In this document: positions 39,716 through 53,832 of the stretch, in pieces
Layout of the letters: every line of letters starts with the position of its first letter
Position numbering within the stretch: the stretch's first letter is position 1
Source of the DNA: Eledone cirrhosa
Lineage: Eukaryota
Direction: 5' to 3'
NCBI GenBank assembly: GCA_964016885.1
Contig: OZ024765.1
Location: forward strand, 20,212,001 to 20,276,000
DNA length: 64,000 bases
The notes under the pieces: model-generated
What the model was told of the DNA's origin: nothing
Database searches by the model: none
What the model saw: the letters and a program-made list of their open reading frames with translations, nothing else
Position numbers and translations under genes: made by a program

Positions 39716-40060
39716 TATGTAACCCATGTCCAACCACGCAGTATTCTTCTTTCTTCTCATGGTTTATATATAGAGAGAGAGCGAGAGAGAGAGAGAGAGA
39801 GAAAGACATAGAATGAGATATAAGAGAGAGAGAGAGAGAGACAAAGATATAGTGAGGTATAGAGTGGTAGAGAGAGAGAGAGAGAGTGAAGTATAGAGAT
39901 AGAGTAAATATATATATATATATAACCCTCTCTCCCTCTCTCTCTCTATATATATAACCCTCTCTCTCTCTATATATATATATAGAGAGAGAGAGAGACA
40001 GAGAAAGATATAGAGTGAGATATAAGAGAGAGAGAGAGTGTGTGAAGTATAGAGATATAG

Positions 40061-40121
<61 letters not shown>

Positions 40122-40176
40122 CCCTCTCTCTCTCTCTATATATATATAGTAAATACATATATATATATATATAACC

Positions 40177-40213
<37 letters not shown>

Positions 40214-40380
40214 GAGAGAGAGATAATGAGGTAGTGAAAGAGATAGTGAGGTAGTGAGAGAGATAGTGAGGTAGTGAGAGCGATAGTGAGGTAGTGAGAG
40301 AGAGATAGTGAGGTAATGAGAGAGAGGTAGTAAAGTATAGCGTGGTAGTGATTGATAGTGAGAGAGGTATAGCGCGAGAG
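38375..40380. repeat. (TG)/(CA)/(GA)/(TA) compound microsatellites with a repeated gggttggtttgatagagag unit
   Basis: Direct inspection. Confidence 0.85.
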
Positions 40381-40637
40381 TTGGAGTGTTACACCAGTCA
40401 CTACACGGACTAGCAGCAGGATGATGTCTACCAAATATCTCTCTTGGACTTTACTTTCTATCTCTATATTATTTATTACCAAACTTAATGGACAAGATCT
40501 GAAACCAGGTTAGTTACTTCTTCTTAAACTAACTTACGCACACACTTCTTACACACGCTTCTTACACACACTGTTACACACAAACTTACACACAGACTCA
40601 TTATTAGACTTCTTGTTCTCCTTCTTCTGACAATAAT

Positions 40638-40888
40638 ATAATTGTTTCTACTTTTGGCACAAGGCCAGCAATTACCCAGTGCATTACTGGTACTTTATTT
40701 TATCGACCCCGTAAGGATGAAAGGCAAAGTTAACCTCGGCGGGATTTGATAATAATATAATGGAAAAGTCTTCTAAGACTCATTCTTAGACTTATTCTTC
40801 ATCGTTTTATTTGCCTTCTTTTTCATTAAAGTACCAGTAATGTACTGAGATAATTGCTGGCCTTGTGCTGAAAGTAGAAACAATTATT
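40638..40888. mobile_element. Two Meta-type SINE fragments in opposite orientations (40638-40750 minus; 40826-40888 plus)
   Basis: SINE motif matches. Confidence 0.75.
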
Positions 40889-41714
40889 CTTCTTAGACTT
40901 CTTTTTTGCCTTCTTTTTCTTCTTCTCGTTATTTACCCCCCCCCATTTACCCACCACCATCATCGTCATCACAAATATCTCTTCCCTTTTGGAACCAAAA
41001 TTCTTTACACAACACCACACTACACAACACCACACTACACCACACAACACCACACTACACTACACCACACCACACTACACAACACTACACCACACCACAC
41101 AACACTACACTACACTACGCCACACCACGCTACAAATATCTCTTCTCTTTTGGAACCAAAATTCTTTACACCACACAACACCACACCACACAACACCACA
41201 CTACACCACACTACACCACACTACACTACACTACACTACACTACACTACACTACACTACGCCACACCATACTACACTACACCACACCACACTACGCCACA
41301 CTATACCACACTACAGCCACACTACAGCCACACCACTACACTACACTACACCACACACTACCCTACCCCACACCACACCGTCTCCTGACTAATCTTGCCT
41401 CAAGTGGGACAAACCCGTCTAACCCATGCTAGTGTGGAAGATAGACGTTAAATGATGATGATATATATATAGTAAGAGTCAGGACCCCGCCGGCCGAGCT
41501 TCAGCTGTTTTGACAGCTAGATCTGAACAGTACTACCCTAAGTATTGAGTACTCTGGTGCGTTATGGTCCATCTGGTATCTTACCACACCCTCTTTGTTA
41601 TATATATACTGTATATATATATATCAGACCCGAGTTCGGATCTAGCTGTCGAAACAGCCGGAGCTCAGCCGTCGGGGTCCTGATTCTTTTCCTATATATA
41701 TATATATATATATA

Positions 41715-42170
41715 TAGGGAGACCCAAGAAGACCTGGGATGAGGTGATAAAAGCCGACCTTACCCAATTACATCTCTCAAAGGCGATGACACAGGACTGT
41801 GACCTCTGGCGTCACGCAGTAATACAGAAGACCCCCCCCCCACTCCCCCACGGGTACAAGCCGAAGCTGAAACATATAGACAATATGCCCCCCACACCCT
41901 GCCACTGCAAAGTGGTCGTGGAGGTGCCACGACAAAAGAGCACCCATCCCACACTGTAAAGTGGACGTAGGCACCACGGCAAAAAAGCACCCAGCACTCA
42001 CTGTAAATGAGGTTGGTGTTAGGAAGGGCATCCAGCTGTAGAAATCAAGCCAGAATCAGTTCCTGTATGAGCAAGACAAGGTCAGCCGACTGAGCACTGC
42101 CCACAACAGGACAACCCGTTTAACCCATGCTAGCGTGGAAGAACGGACGTAAAACGGTGATGATGATGAT
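41715..42170 (+). mobile_element. Chimeric RTE 3' fragment plus SINE 3' part
   Basis: GRPKKTWDEVIKADL..L.LSKAMTQD.DLWRHAV, then SINE cactcactgtaaatgaggttggtgttaggaagggcatcc and (TGA)n. Confidence 0.75.
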
Positions 42171-42798
42171 ATATATATATATTATAAACCTGTCAAGTAG
42201 TCCCAATATTAAGACATTTGTTGATGTATTCCTCCAAATATACGTGTTATTATACTGGATCAGCAACCGGTGTGTAGAATTTCATGATACATATAGTCCC
42301 TAGTTTGAAGAATTCTTCCACGATGAGTCCATGAATTCTTCAAATATTGGTCTTTCCCCATAGTTGCTGTTTCTTCCATGAATAAAACCATGGTAGGGAG
42401 ATATATAAGTGAGGTAGACTATAGGTTTTTTTTTCGGCTGTCTGGCTTATTCTCCCATAAATAGTTTTTTCACTTAGATTTAATAATATATATAGTAATA
42501 ATAAATGTGAAGACTAAAATCTGAAGAGGGCTCAATAAGGATTATATATATATTATAAGAATAGATTAAAGTTTAAGCAAATAATTGCTGCTTTCACCCT
42601 AAACGGGGTCTTCTGAAACTAAAAAGGGAAGATCCCGTTTAGGGTGAAAGCAGCGATTCTTTGCTTAAACTTTAATCTGTTCTTATAATATATATATGTA
42701 TATATATATGTGTGTGTAGTGGAGAGATGCTGTGTTGAATAGGACCCGTCCAACCCTTGCAAGCAGGGAAAAGCGGACGTAAAATGATGATGATGATG

Positions 42799-42830
<32 letters not shown>

Positions 42831-42875
42831 AAATGAAAGGTATAGAAAACATTGTAGCGAAAAGCCAACAGTATT

Positions 42876-42913
<38 letters not shown>

Positions 42914-42989
42914 CGAAGGAAATGTGGCAAGGAACCAGGTGGACCATAACGCACCAAAGTACTCAATACGTAGGGTAGTAGAGTGGGTA

Positions 42990-43100
42990 ATAGGAACCAG
43001 TAAGACCCCGACGGCTGAGCTCAAGCCGTTTTGACGGCTAATTCAGAATTAGCCGTCGAAACGGCTTGAGCTCAGCCGTCGGGGTCTTACTGGTTCCTAT
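42990..43100. mobile_element. Fold-back element containing the 3' half of a hammerhead (related copies 15661-15750, 41470-41692, 44016-44108)
   Basis: Palindrome centred at 43045; right arm reads [GACGGCUAAUUC A GAAUUAGCCGUC] GAAA CGGCU UGAGCUC AGCCG UC GGGGUC. Confidence 0.7.
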
Positions 43101-43567
43101 ATATATATATATATCAATCATCATCATCATCAAAGTAGTAACACCATACCGAGAACAACTGTTCTCGGTATGGTGAACTAACTGTTGTGTTTCTACTTCT
43201 ACCAAACTCGTCCCATGGACTGAGTGCTCTACCACTACGGATATTACCTTCCAGTGTTCTCTCTCTCTCAAACTTAATGGTATATCATTTAAGGTAGAGG
43301 TTATGAGTTCTCTGTATGGAGGAAAGTTTTAACGTTCGGCGTTGTTTGACTCAACAAAAAGTTTCCTTAGTTGGATGGCTGGTTTAAGAAAGTTCCTAGT
43401 CAGGCGGTTTATGGCGTACGATTTGGTTAGGTATTATGACTATAATTAAAATCAACTGATGTAGCATCTTGCAAACAGCGATTTTTAGACACACCCGACT
43501 AATGAAACAATTGTTCATACTTTGAATAAACCCTAATGTACAGCTGACATATTATTCTTCACTCTTT

Positions 43568-43605
<38 letters not shown>

Positions 43606-44334
43606 TTATTAAAATAACAGATTAAAGTTTAAGCAAAGAATCGCTGCAGGTTTTATGTCAGAGTTATTCCAGTTCCTGAGTTGCCTTCTCCTAAAAGAAT
43701 GCCTTGACAAAGGCTAGGGGCCCTTCACTCCCAGAGGTTTAACCGTGCGATCGGGTATCCAGCCCAATTATTTCTATGTACCTGCGCATATACATACACC
43801 TGTATACATGTATATACATAAACATATATACACATGCATACATGTATGTATGTATGTATATATATATATATGTATATATATATATGTGTGTGTGTGTGTG
43901 TATAAATAAAAGGTAAACAGAAATAACACAACCGGTACAGTATATGGAAGGAATATATTAAGTTAACACTTGAAATAGCAGCAAGAGGGTCTTTATATCT
44001 ATATGAGAGAGAGAGTTGGGCCCAACAGCTGAGCTCTTGCCGTTTCAGCAGGAAATTCTAGTCTAGAATTTACTGTCAAAACGGCAAGAGCTCAGCTGTT
44101 GGGCCCAATTCTTCTATATTTATACTTTACTATCCCTATTTTGTTAGAGATAGGTCCCTAGTTTTTACATATTTGTTGTTATTTAGAATCTACTTCCGTT
44201 CTAGTTCTACCGTTCTTCACTTCAAACAGGATTCCTTCCCCCTCCCCCGAGAGAGGGGGAAGGAATCCTGTGATCTTAGATATTCTCTCTCTCTCTCTCT
44301 CTCTCACTCTCTCACCCTCCCACAGTCTCGTCTT

Positions 44335-46300
44335 AACACACCACACCACCATTACAACCACACTACACACTACACTACACTACCACCACCACACTACACC
44401 ACCACACTACACTACCACCACTACACTACACCACCACACCACACCACAACCATACACCACACCTCACCACCACCATACACCACCACACCACCACCATACA
44501 CCACCACCACCACACCACACCACCACCACCACACCACACCACCACCACCACACCACACCACCACCACCACACCACACCACCACCATACACCACCACACCT
44601 CACCACCACCATACACCACCACACCACCACCATACACCACCACACCACCACCACACCACACCACCACACCACCACCACACCACCACACCACACCACCACC
44701 ACACCACACCACACCACCACACACCACCGCACCACACCACCACCACCACCACCACCACCACCACACCACCACACCACCACCACACCACCACACCACCACC
44801 ACCACCACCACACCACCACCACCACAACACACCACCACCACACCACCACCACACACCACCACACCACCACACCGCCACCATACACCCCCACACACCCACA
44901 CTACACCACACCACCACCACACCACACCACCACCACTACACCACCACACTACACCACACCACCACCACCACACCACACCACCAACACACCACTACACCAC
45001 CACACTGCCACCACACCACCACCACCACCACACCACACCACACTACACCACACCACACTACACCACACCACCACTACACCACACACCACACCACCACCAC
45101 ACCACCACATCACACCACCACATCACACCACCACACCACTACACCACCACACCACCACCACACCACTACACCACCACACCACCACACACCACACCACACC
45201 ACCACTACACCACACCACACTACACCACCACACCACCACCACACCACACCACACCCACACCACACCACCACCACCACTACACCACACCACCACCCCACAC
45301 TACACCACTACATCACCACACCACACCACACCACATCACCACACCCCCACCACACCACCACACCACACCACACCATACCACCACCACACCACCACACACC
45401 ACACCACCACCACACACCACACCACCACCACACACCACACCACCACTACACCACCACACCACCACCACACCACACCCACACCACACCACCACCACCACTA
45501 CACCACACCACCACCCCACACTACACCACTACATCACCACACCACACCCCCATACCACCACCACACCACCACACACCACACCACCACCACACACCACACC
45601 ACCACCACACACCACACCACCACTACACCACCACACCACCACCACACCACACCCACACCACACCACCACCACCACTACACCACACCACCACCCCACACTA
45701 CACCACTACATCACCACACCACACCACACCACATCACCACACCCCCACCACACCACCACACCACACCACACCATACCACCACCACACCACCACACACCAC
45801 ACCACCACTACACCACTACATCACCACACCACACCACACCACCACACACCACCACACACCATCACACCACCACCACACACCACCACCACCACACCACCAC
45901 TACACCACACCATACCACCACCACACCACCACCACCACACACCACACCACCACTACACCACTACATCACCACACCACACCACACCACACCACACCACACC
46001 ACACCACACCACACCACACCACACCACACCACCACACACCACCACACCACACCACCACCACACCACACCACCACCACACACCACCACACCACACCACCAC
46101 CACTACACCACACCATACCACCACCACACCACCACCACCACACCACCACCACCACACCACACCACACCACACCACCACTACACCACCAGACACCACACCA
46201 CACCACACCACCACACCACACCACACCACACCACACCACACCACACCACACCACACCACACCACACCACACCACACCACCACACCACACCACACCACCAC
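44335..46300. repeat. (CAC/CACAC/CACTA)n low-complexity repeat
   Basis: Direct inspection. Confidence 0.95.
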
Positions 46301-46371
46301 AATACTCAGTCTAAAAATATTTTAATTTACATTTTCACATCTTTGAGAAAACTCTTCAATGTTTATTTTCT

Positions 46372-46505
46372 GTGTTTAGGGTGGGGATGTATGGGGTGTT
46401 TAGGGTGGGAGTGTGGGGTGTTTAGGGTGGGAGTGTGGGGTGTTTAGGGTGGGAGTGTGGGGTGTTTAGGGTGGGAGTGTATGGGGTGGGGTGGGGCGGG
46501 GTGGA
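46372..46505 (+). repeat. 23-bp G-rich minisatellite (gtgtttagggtgggagtgtgggg), G-quadruplex potential
   Basis: About 5 copies with regularly spaced G3 runs. Confidence 0.75.
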
Positions 46506-46603
46506 GGAGACTATTACACACTATTTCTCTCTTTCTCACACTATATAACACCTTTCGTAATTGTACTCCTTGTTATTTACTTTTCCAATATATATATATA
46601 TGT

Positions 46604-46725
46604 GAAGGCGTGTGGCTGAGTGGTTAGAGAATTGGATTCGCAATCAATCGTGAGGTTGTGAGTTCGATTCCTGGACCAGGTGATGCGTTATGTCCTTGAG
46701 CAAGACACTTTATTTCACGTTGCTC
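46604..46725 (+). mobile_element. CORE-type SINE head (divergent subfamily)
   Basis: ggcgtgtggctgagtggttaga...gagttcgattcc...gtccttgagcaagacactttatttcac. Confidence 0.8.
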
Positions 46726-46825
46726 CTTCTACCTGGAGTTGCGACCGATAGATAGTATTAGCAATTGGAAAGACCAACGGAAACATTGTTCCCTCGGTCC
46801 GATTTGACGAAAGTCGATCGTTCCT

Positions 46826-46860
<35 letters not shown>

Positions 46861-46940
46861 AATATATATATATTGGTATATATATATATATATATATATA
46901 TTGGTATATATATACCAATATATATATATATATATATACA

Positions 46941-46977
<37 letters not shown>

Positions 46978-47009
46978 GTGTAACTATATAAACACCGCCT
47001 TCTGTCATT

Positions 47010-47111
47010 AATTGTTTCTACTTTTGGCACAAGGCCAGCAAATACCCAGTGTATTACTGGTACTTTATTTTATCGACCCCGTAAGGATGAAAGGCAAAGT
47101 TAACCTCGGCG
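47010..47111 (-). mobile_element. Meta-type SINE fragment
   Basis: Motif match. Confidence 0.8.
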
Positions 47112-47147
47112 TCATTAATGACCTGGGATTTGCACCTAGAAAATTCC

Positions 47148-47558
47148 CTTCCATATCTTTGATTGCCTTACTTATTATACTACCTTCAACTTGCACTGCT
47201 GGTCCTTCTATTGGATAGATTTAGGGCAGACTATCTTTTTTCCATTTATTCTCCTCATTTAATAGTCTCTCATAGTGACACTTCCAGGCTATCTTCTTAT
47301 CAGTATCAGTGAACGCAAGTACACCATCATCATTACGGACACACTTCTCCCCAACAATATCACGGGTTTTCCTTGACACATTGTCTAGCAATCCTGAACA
47401 CCTCATGTTTTTGGTCTTCACGTAGAACATGCTTGAACTTTCTTTCCTCTGCTTCCCTTCTTGCAAGGTACACTTGCCTCCTAGCTTCTCTCCTGGCCAC
47501 TTGATAGTGTTCTCTACTTCCCCCATCCTGCCATACTTTCCAAGCCTGCTTTTTTTTT
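47148..47558 (-). mobile_element. RTE LINE internal fragment (region upstream of RT)
   Basis: KKQAWKVWQDGGSREHYQVARREARRQV...DIVGEKCVRNDDG....WKCHYERLLNEEN; overlaps homology with 8395-8500. Confidence 0.85.
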
Positions 47559-47569
47559 AAAATATATAA

Positions 47570-47820
47570 ATGGACATGTGATGCGCATGGAGGATGACCG
47601 ATGGGTGAAGAAGTGCCAGGAAATGCCAGTTGAAGGAAGACGGGGTAGAGGTAGACCACGAAAAACATGGGCGGAGGTGGTGAGAACAGACCTCAGATCA
47701 TTGAAGCTCACGGTGGAGATGACGAAGGACCGTGACGAGTGGAGAGATGCTGTGCTGAATAAGACCCGTCCCACCCTTGCAAGCAGGGAAAAGCGGATGT
47801 AAAATGATGATGATGATGAT
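47570..47820 (+). mobile_element. RTE LINE 3' end
   Basis: GHVMRMEDDRWVKKCQEMPVEGRRGRGRPRKTW...; (TGA)n tail. Confidence 0.9.
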
Positions 47821-47829
47821 ATACATATG

Positions 47830-47864
<35 letters not shown>

Positions 47865-48134
47865 ATATATGGAGAAAAATACTGCAGGTAGCGCATGGAT
47901 AACCTGTAATAAAATGAGTCCCTCATCAGTGATTTGCCGACGATCATAGATATTTCATTGCATTAAAAATCATATACCTCACGTCGGTGCAATAATAACT
48001 AAAATAAGTTATTAGGACAATTAAAACGCGTAAAGCGAGTGAGACAGGAGAACAACAAAGAGTATAGCTAACCGTAGGGGAATGAAACAAGCTTCATAAT
48101 TATTCTGTTTAGCGTAAGCTAGGTGAATATATGA

Positions 48135-48172
<38 letters not shown>

Positions 48173-48212
48173 GTATGTATATATATATATATATATATAT
48201 ATCGATATACAT

Positions 48213-48376
48213 ACTGTAAAGTGGTCGTGGAGGTGCCACGGAAAAAAAAGCACCCAGCACTCACTGTAAATGAGGTTGGTGTTAGGAAGGGCATCCAGCT
48301 GTAGAAATCAAGCCAGAATCAGTTCCCGTCCCACCCTTGCAATCAGGGAAAAGCGTACGTAAAATGATGATGATGA
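48213..48376 (+). mobile_element. CORE-type SINE 3' half
   Basis: Identity with other copies. Confidence 0.85.
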
Positions 48377-48614
48377 TTATATATATATGTATGTATACAT
48401 TATCTCGTAACTCCTGAGAGAGTCGCAAGGGTGTAGTATCAACATACAGCATTTCTAGAGTATATTTTAAAATCTAGTGGAGCCCCCTTCCCTCTCCAGG
48501 TCCGATTACAGCAGATTTCTTCCAGGGAAAGATAGAGAGTGAGAGACTGGAACTGAGAAAGACATATAGGGTTAGAATAGACCCCAGTACTTGACTGGTA
48601 ATTATGTATACATA

Positions 48615-48999
48615 CATCATCATCATCATCGTTTAACATCTATCTTCCACGCTAGCATGGGTTAGACGGGAATAGTCCCACTTGAGGCAAGGTTGGTCGG
48701 GTGACCGTGTCTCACTCGTATAGGACTATCTGGCAGGTTTTCTACAGTTGGATGCCCTTCCTAACACCAACCACATTTACAGTGTGGACTGGGAGGTTTT
48801 TACCGTGTTACCTACACGGCCACATTACAGCGTGGACTGTGTGTTTTTTTGTCATGACACCTACACTACCTCATTTGTTTAGGACTGGATGTTGTGGTAC
48901 CAACATAACTTTACATTGAAAGGGGTGGTGTTGATGGGAGTGGGGGGATGGAGTAGGGGTAGTGGGTGTATATTGGGTTAAGAGGGGCCTACTGACTGT

Positions 49000-49000
<1 letters not shown>
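48615..49000 (-). mobile_element. SINE/RTE-tail family copy
   Basis: Homologous to 9843-10230. Confidence 0.75.
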
Positions 49001-49036
<36 letters not shown>

Positions 49037-49256
49037 GAAAGAGGTATCGAGGAAGAATCAACCCCAGTACTGGCCTCAACCAGGTTTAAATACCCAACAC
49101 TAGTTATGGCACAAAGGTGCCTCAATGACTCCAACAGTAGTTAAGGGCACCCCCATGGTATAGTAGAGTACATCATGTGTACTGACTACACACACCCTGC
49201 TATACGCACACCCCTCACTACACACACCTCTGTCTACACACATCCCTAGCTACCCC

Positions 49257-49498
49257 CCCACCCTATCTACCCACCCCAGCTTACCACCCTATCTACCCAC
49301 CTCAGCCCACCACCCTATCTACCCACCCCAGCCCACCACCCTATCTACCCACCCCAGCCCACCACCCTATCTACCCACCCCAGCCTACCACCCTATCTAC
49401 CCACCCCAGTCCACCACCCTATCTACCCACCCCAGCCTACCACCCTATCTACCCACCCCAGCCCACCACCCTATCTACCCACCCCAGCCTACCACCCT
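49257..49498. repeat. 26-bp C-rich minisatellite (ccaccctatctacccaccccagccYa), about 9 copies
   Basis: Direct periodicity; G-rich minus strand. Confidence 0.9.
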
Positions 49499-49591
49499 GC
49501 TTCATCCAGTCCTCTGATAAGCTAAATGTTAACAACCACCCCATTCTTTTTTAAACCTTCCCTCACCTTCACTCCCCCTTCATGTCATAAG

Positions 49592-51912
49592 AACATACAC
49601 ATACATATATACACACACATACATATATACACACATACATGTATACACACACATACATATATACACACATACATGTATACACACACACACATACATATAT
49701 ACACACATACATGTATACACACACATACATATATACACACACATACATGTATACACACACACATGTATACACACACACATGTATACACACACATACATGT
49801 ATACACACACATACATGTATACACACACATTCATGTATACACACACATACATATATACACACACACATGTATACACACACACATACATATATACACACAT
49901 ACATGTATACACACACATACATATATACACACATACATGTATACACACACATACATATATACACACATACATGTATACACACACACATACATATATACAC
50001 ACACACATGTATACACACACACATACATATATACACACATACATGTATACACACACATACATATATACACACATACATGTATACACACACACATACATAT
50101 ATACACACATACATATATAAACACACATATATACACACACATATATACACACATATACATATATACACACATACATATATATACACACATACATGTATAC
50201 ACACACATACATATATACACACACATACATATATACACACACATACATATATACACACACATACATATATACACACACATACATATATACACACACATAC
50301 ATGTATACACACACATACATGTATACACACACATACATATATACACACACATACATATATACACACACATACATATATATACACACATACATGTATACAC
50401 ACACACATGTATACACACACATACATATATACACACACATACATATATACACACACATACATGTATACACACACATACATGTATACACACACATACATGT
50501 ATACACACACATAATACACACACATACATATATACACACACATACATGTATACACACATACATATATACACACACATACATATATACACACACATACATA
50601 TATACACACACATATATACACACACACATACATATATACACACACATACATGTATACACACACATACATATATACACACACATACATATATATACACACA
50701 TACATGTATACACACACATACATGTATACACACACATACATATATACACACACATACATATATACACACACATACATGTATACACACACATACATGTATA
50801 CACACACATACATATATACACACACATACATATATATACACACATACATGTATACACACACATACATATATATACACACATACATGTATACACACACATA
50901 CATGTATACACACATACATATATACACACACATACATATATACACACACATACATATATACACACACATACATGTATACACACACATACATATATACACA
51001 CACATACATATATACACACACATACATATATACACACACATACATGTATACACACACATACATGTATACACACGCATACATGTATACACACACATACATA
51101 ATACACACACATACATATATACACACACATACATGTATACACACACATATATACACACACATACATATATACACACACATACATATATACACACACATAC
51201 ATGTATACACACACATACATGTATACACACACATGCATATATACACACACATACATATATACACACACATACATGTATACACACACATACATGTATACAC
51301 ACACATACATGTATACACACACATACATATATACACACACATACATGTATACACACACATATATACACACACATACATATATACACACACATACATATAT
51401 ACACACACATACATATATACACACACATACATGTATACACACACATACATGTATACACACACATGCATATATACACACACATACATGTATACACACACAT
51501 ACATGTATACACACACATACATGTATACACACACATACATGTATACACACACATACATGTATACACACACATACATATATACACACACACATACATATAT
51601 ACACACACACATACATATATACACACACACATATATATATACACATATAACACACACACACACATACGCACATATGCACATACACACATATGCACATACA
51701 CACATACACACACACACAAACATATAAATACACACATACACACAGAAGCACACACACAGGCATATATATACTAACACATATATACACTCACATATACATA
51801 TATACACACATATATACATACATATACATATATACACACATATACATATATACACACATATATACATATATACACACATATACACATATATACATACAAG
51901 CACACACACACA
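49592..51912. repeat. CA/TA-derived minisatellite (acacacacatacat(a/g)tat)n
   Basis: Direct inspection. Confidence 0.95.
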
Positions 51913-52254
51913 GACACTTTCCCATTCCCACTGATAAGGACCATTACTGGGGTAACTTGAGAAGTTTAGGCAATTACTGTAACCCCACCCCACAGCCCCA
52001 CCCAACAGCGCCACCCCACAGCCCCACCCAACAGCGCCACCCCACAGCCCCACCCCATCACGGCATAAGAACTAAAACCTCCCTCCCCGTGTCCCCCCCA
52101 CCACCTCCATGATAAGAGCTACAGGTCAACGAGGTCCTTATATGCGAGAAGTAGCAGCCAAGTCCCCCTTCAAATCATACCCTACCATAGAGGTTCTTCA
52201 AAATAAATATACACACACACATATATGTATATGTGTGTATATATATATATATAT

Positions 52255-52625
52255 AGGAGAAGGAAAACTCTGATATAACACCTGCAACCCTGATGGTATC
52301 CAATGATGTTGACTTGTTCTTCTTTTTGGTAAATATCATCTTGGTTAAGAGAGTGGGACTGGCTTTGTGCAGTACCTTTGCTCACTATAAAAGCTTCACG
52401 GCACAGGCATTGCTTAATATCTGGAGATCTCTCTGCACTTGTCGTCACATGGTACCATGGGCCCAGCACTATGTGTCAATAATTGTCACAAGTGTAGTGT
52501 TTGTACCAGAGTTTTCAAGTCGCTGCCTGGACTAAAAAGTCACACTTGTTCAGCGCATCAGTAGGGGTTCTCCTACATGGATATAAAGTAGTGGCCGTAC
52601 TCGAAAACGAGTTGGCAGCCACCAT
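52255..52625 (+). mobile_element. Non-autonomous RTE-like repeat, 5'-truncated copy
   Basis: Matches 37758-38127. Confidence 0.8.
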
Positions 52626-52795
52626 GTATGTATGTATGTATGTATGTATATATATATAGATAGATATATAGATATATAGATATATAGATAGATAGATAGA
52701 TATATGTGTGTATATATATGTATGTATGTATATATATATGACTACCATGACTGAATCTTAACCATCTACTATGTCAGGGTATGTCATGCATCATC

Positions 52796-52864
52796 ATATT
52801 TTATCTGATGAGGACGTACTGTTGAACTTAACTCAGTACCTCTGAAATATGTATAATAAAATAT
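52796..52864 (+). ncRNA. Type I hammerhead ribozyme
   Basis: AUAUUUUAU CUGAUGA [GGA C GUACUG...CAGUAC C UCU] GAAA UAUGUA UA AUAAAAUAU; 9-bp perfect stem I. Confidence 0.88.
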
Positions 52865-52923
52865 ACTTGATCACAAGAATATCTATTTTGTTAATATTTT
52901 GAATTAATATATATATAGATATA

Positions 52924-52985
<62 letters not shown>

Positions 52986-52987
52986 TC

Positions 52988-53386
52988 TCTTGGTTAAGAG
53001 AGTGGGACTGGCTTTGTGCAGTGCCTTTGCTCACTATAAAAGCTTCACGGCACAGGCATTGCTTTATATCTGGAGATCTTTCTGCACTTGTCGTTACATG
53101 GTACCATGGGCCCAGCACTATGTGTCAATAATTGTCACAGGTGTAGTGTTTGTACCAGAGTTTTCAAGTCGCTAAAAAGTCACACTCGTTCAGCGCATCA
53201 GTAGGGGTTCTCCTAGATGGATATAAAGTGGTGGCTGTACTCGAAAACGAGTTGGCAGCCACCATGTATATATATATGTGTATGTATGTATATATATATC
53301 CGGGAGAGATGACCCCTTAGCCTTTGTCAAGGCAGAATTCTAGGAGAAGGAAAACTCTGATATAACACCTGCAACCCTGATGGTAT
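52988..53386 (+). mobile_element. Two further fragments of the non-autonomous RTE-like repeat (52988-53265 and 53300-53386)
   Basis: Match 37841-38127 and 37716-37802. Confidence 0.8.
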
Positions 53387-53663
53387 GACTCTAGGCACGT
53401 CTTTGGATGAGACAGCGAGCCACCTGTTGTTCTGGGAGTTGATCTTCTGGTCCTTATTTGTCCTCCCGGCGCGGATTCCAAGAAGAACTCCGTGTCTCTT
53501 CCACAAAATTGGAGGTCCAAAATTATTCATAATCAATTATTCTGAAAATAAATAATGGAAATATAGTCACTGTTTTTATGAAGACAAGAGTGACAACGGA
53601 AGTAAAAAAAAATTTGCATAAAATTAGCAGTTGAAAATTGCAAACAAATATCGTCCACACCCT
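53385..53663 (-). mobile_element. Internally deleted copy of the maT/mariner element at 1-743
   Basis: Matches about 50-117 joined directly to about 531-743 of the first copy. Confidence 0.85.
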
Positions 53664-53832
53664 ATATATATATATATATATGTGTGTGTGTCCCAGATTG
53701 AAACGGGTAATCACAGTTAGTAAAGTAGTCAATACATTAGTAGAGTGTAAACATCAAGTTTAATAGAGAAATGGCTACTATATATATACCATATCATCAT
53801 CATTTAATGTTCACTTTCCCTGTTATGAAGGA

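Noticed and set aside
46372-46480. TTTAGGG as telomeric repeat
   Set aside because: It occurs once per 23-bp minisatellite unit, not as a tandem telomeric array.
46767-46824. Possible third CCAACG-type hammerhead (GGAAAGA CCAACGG ... GAAA GUCGA UCGUUCC)
   Set aside because: Stem I is plausible, but A9 is G, there is no convincing stem II and no UH triplet.
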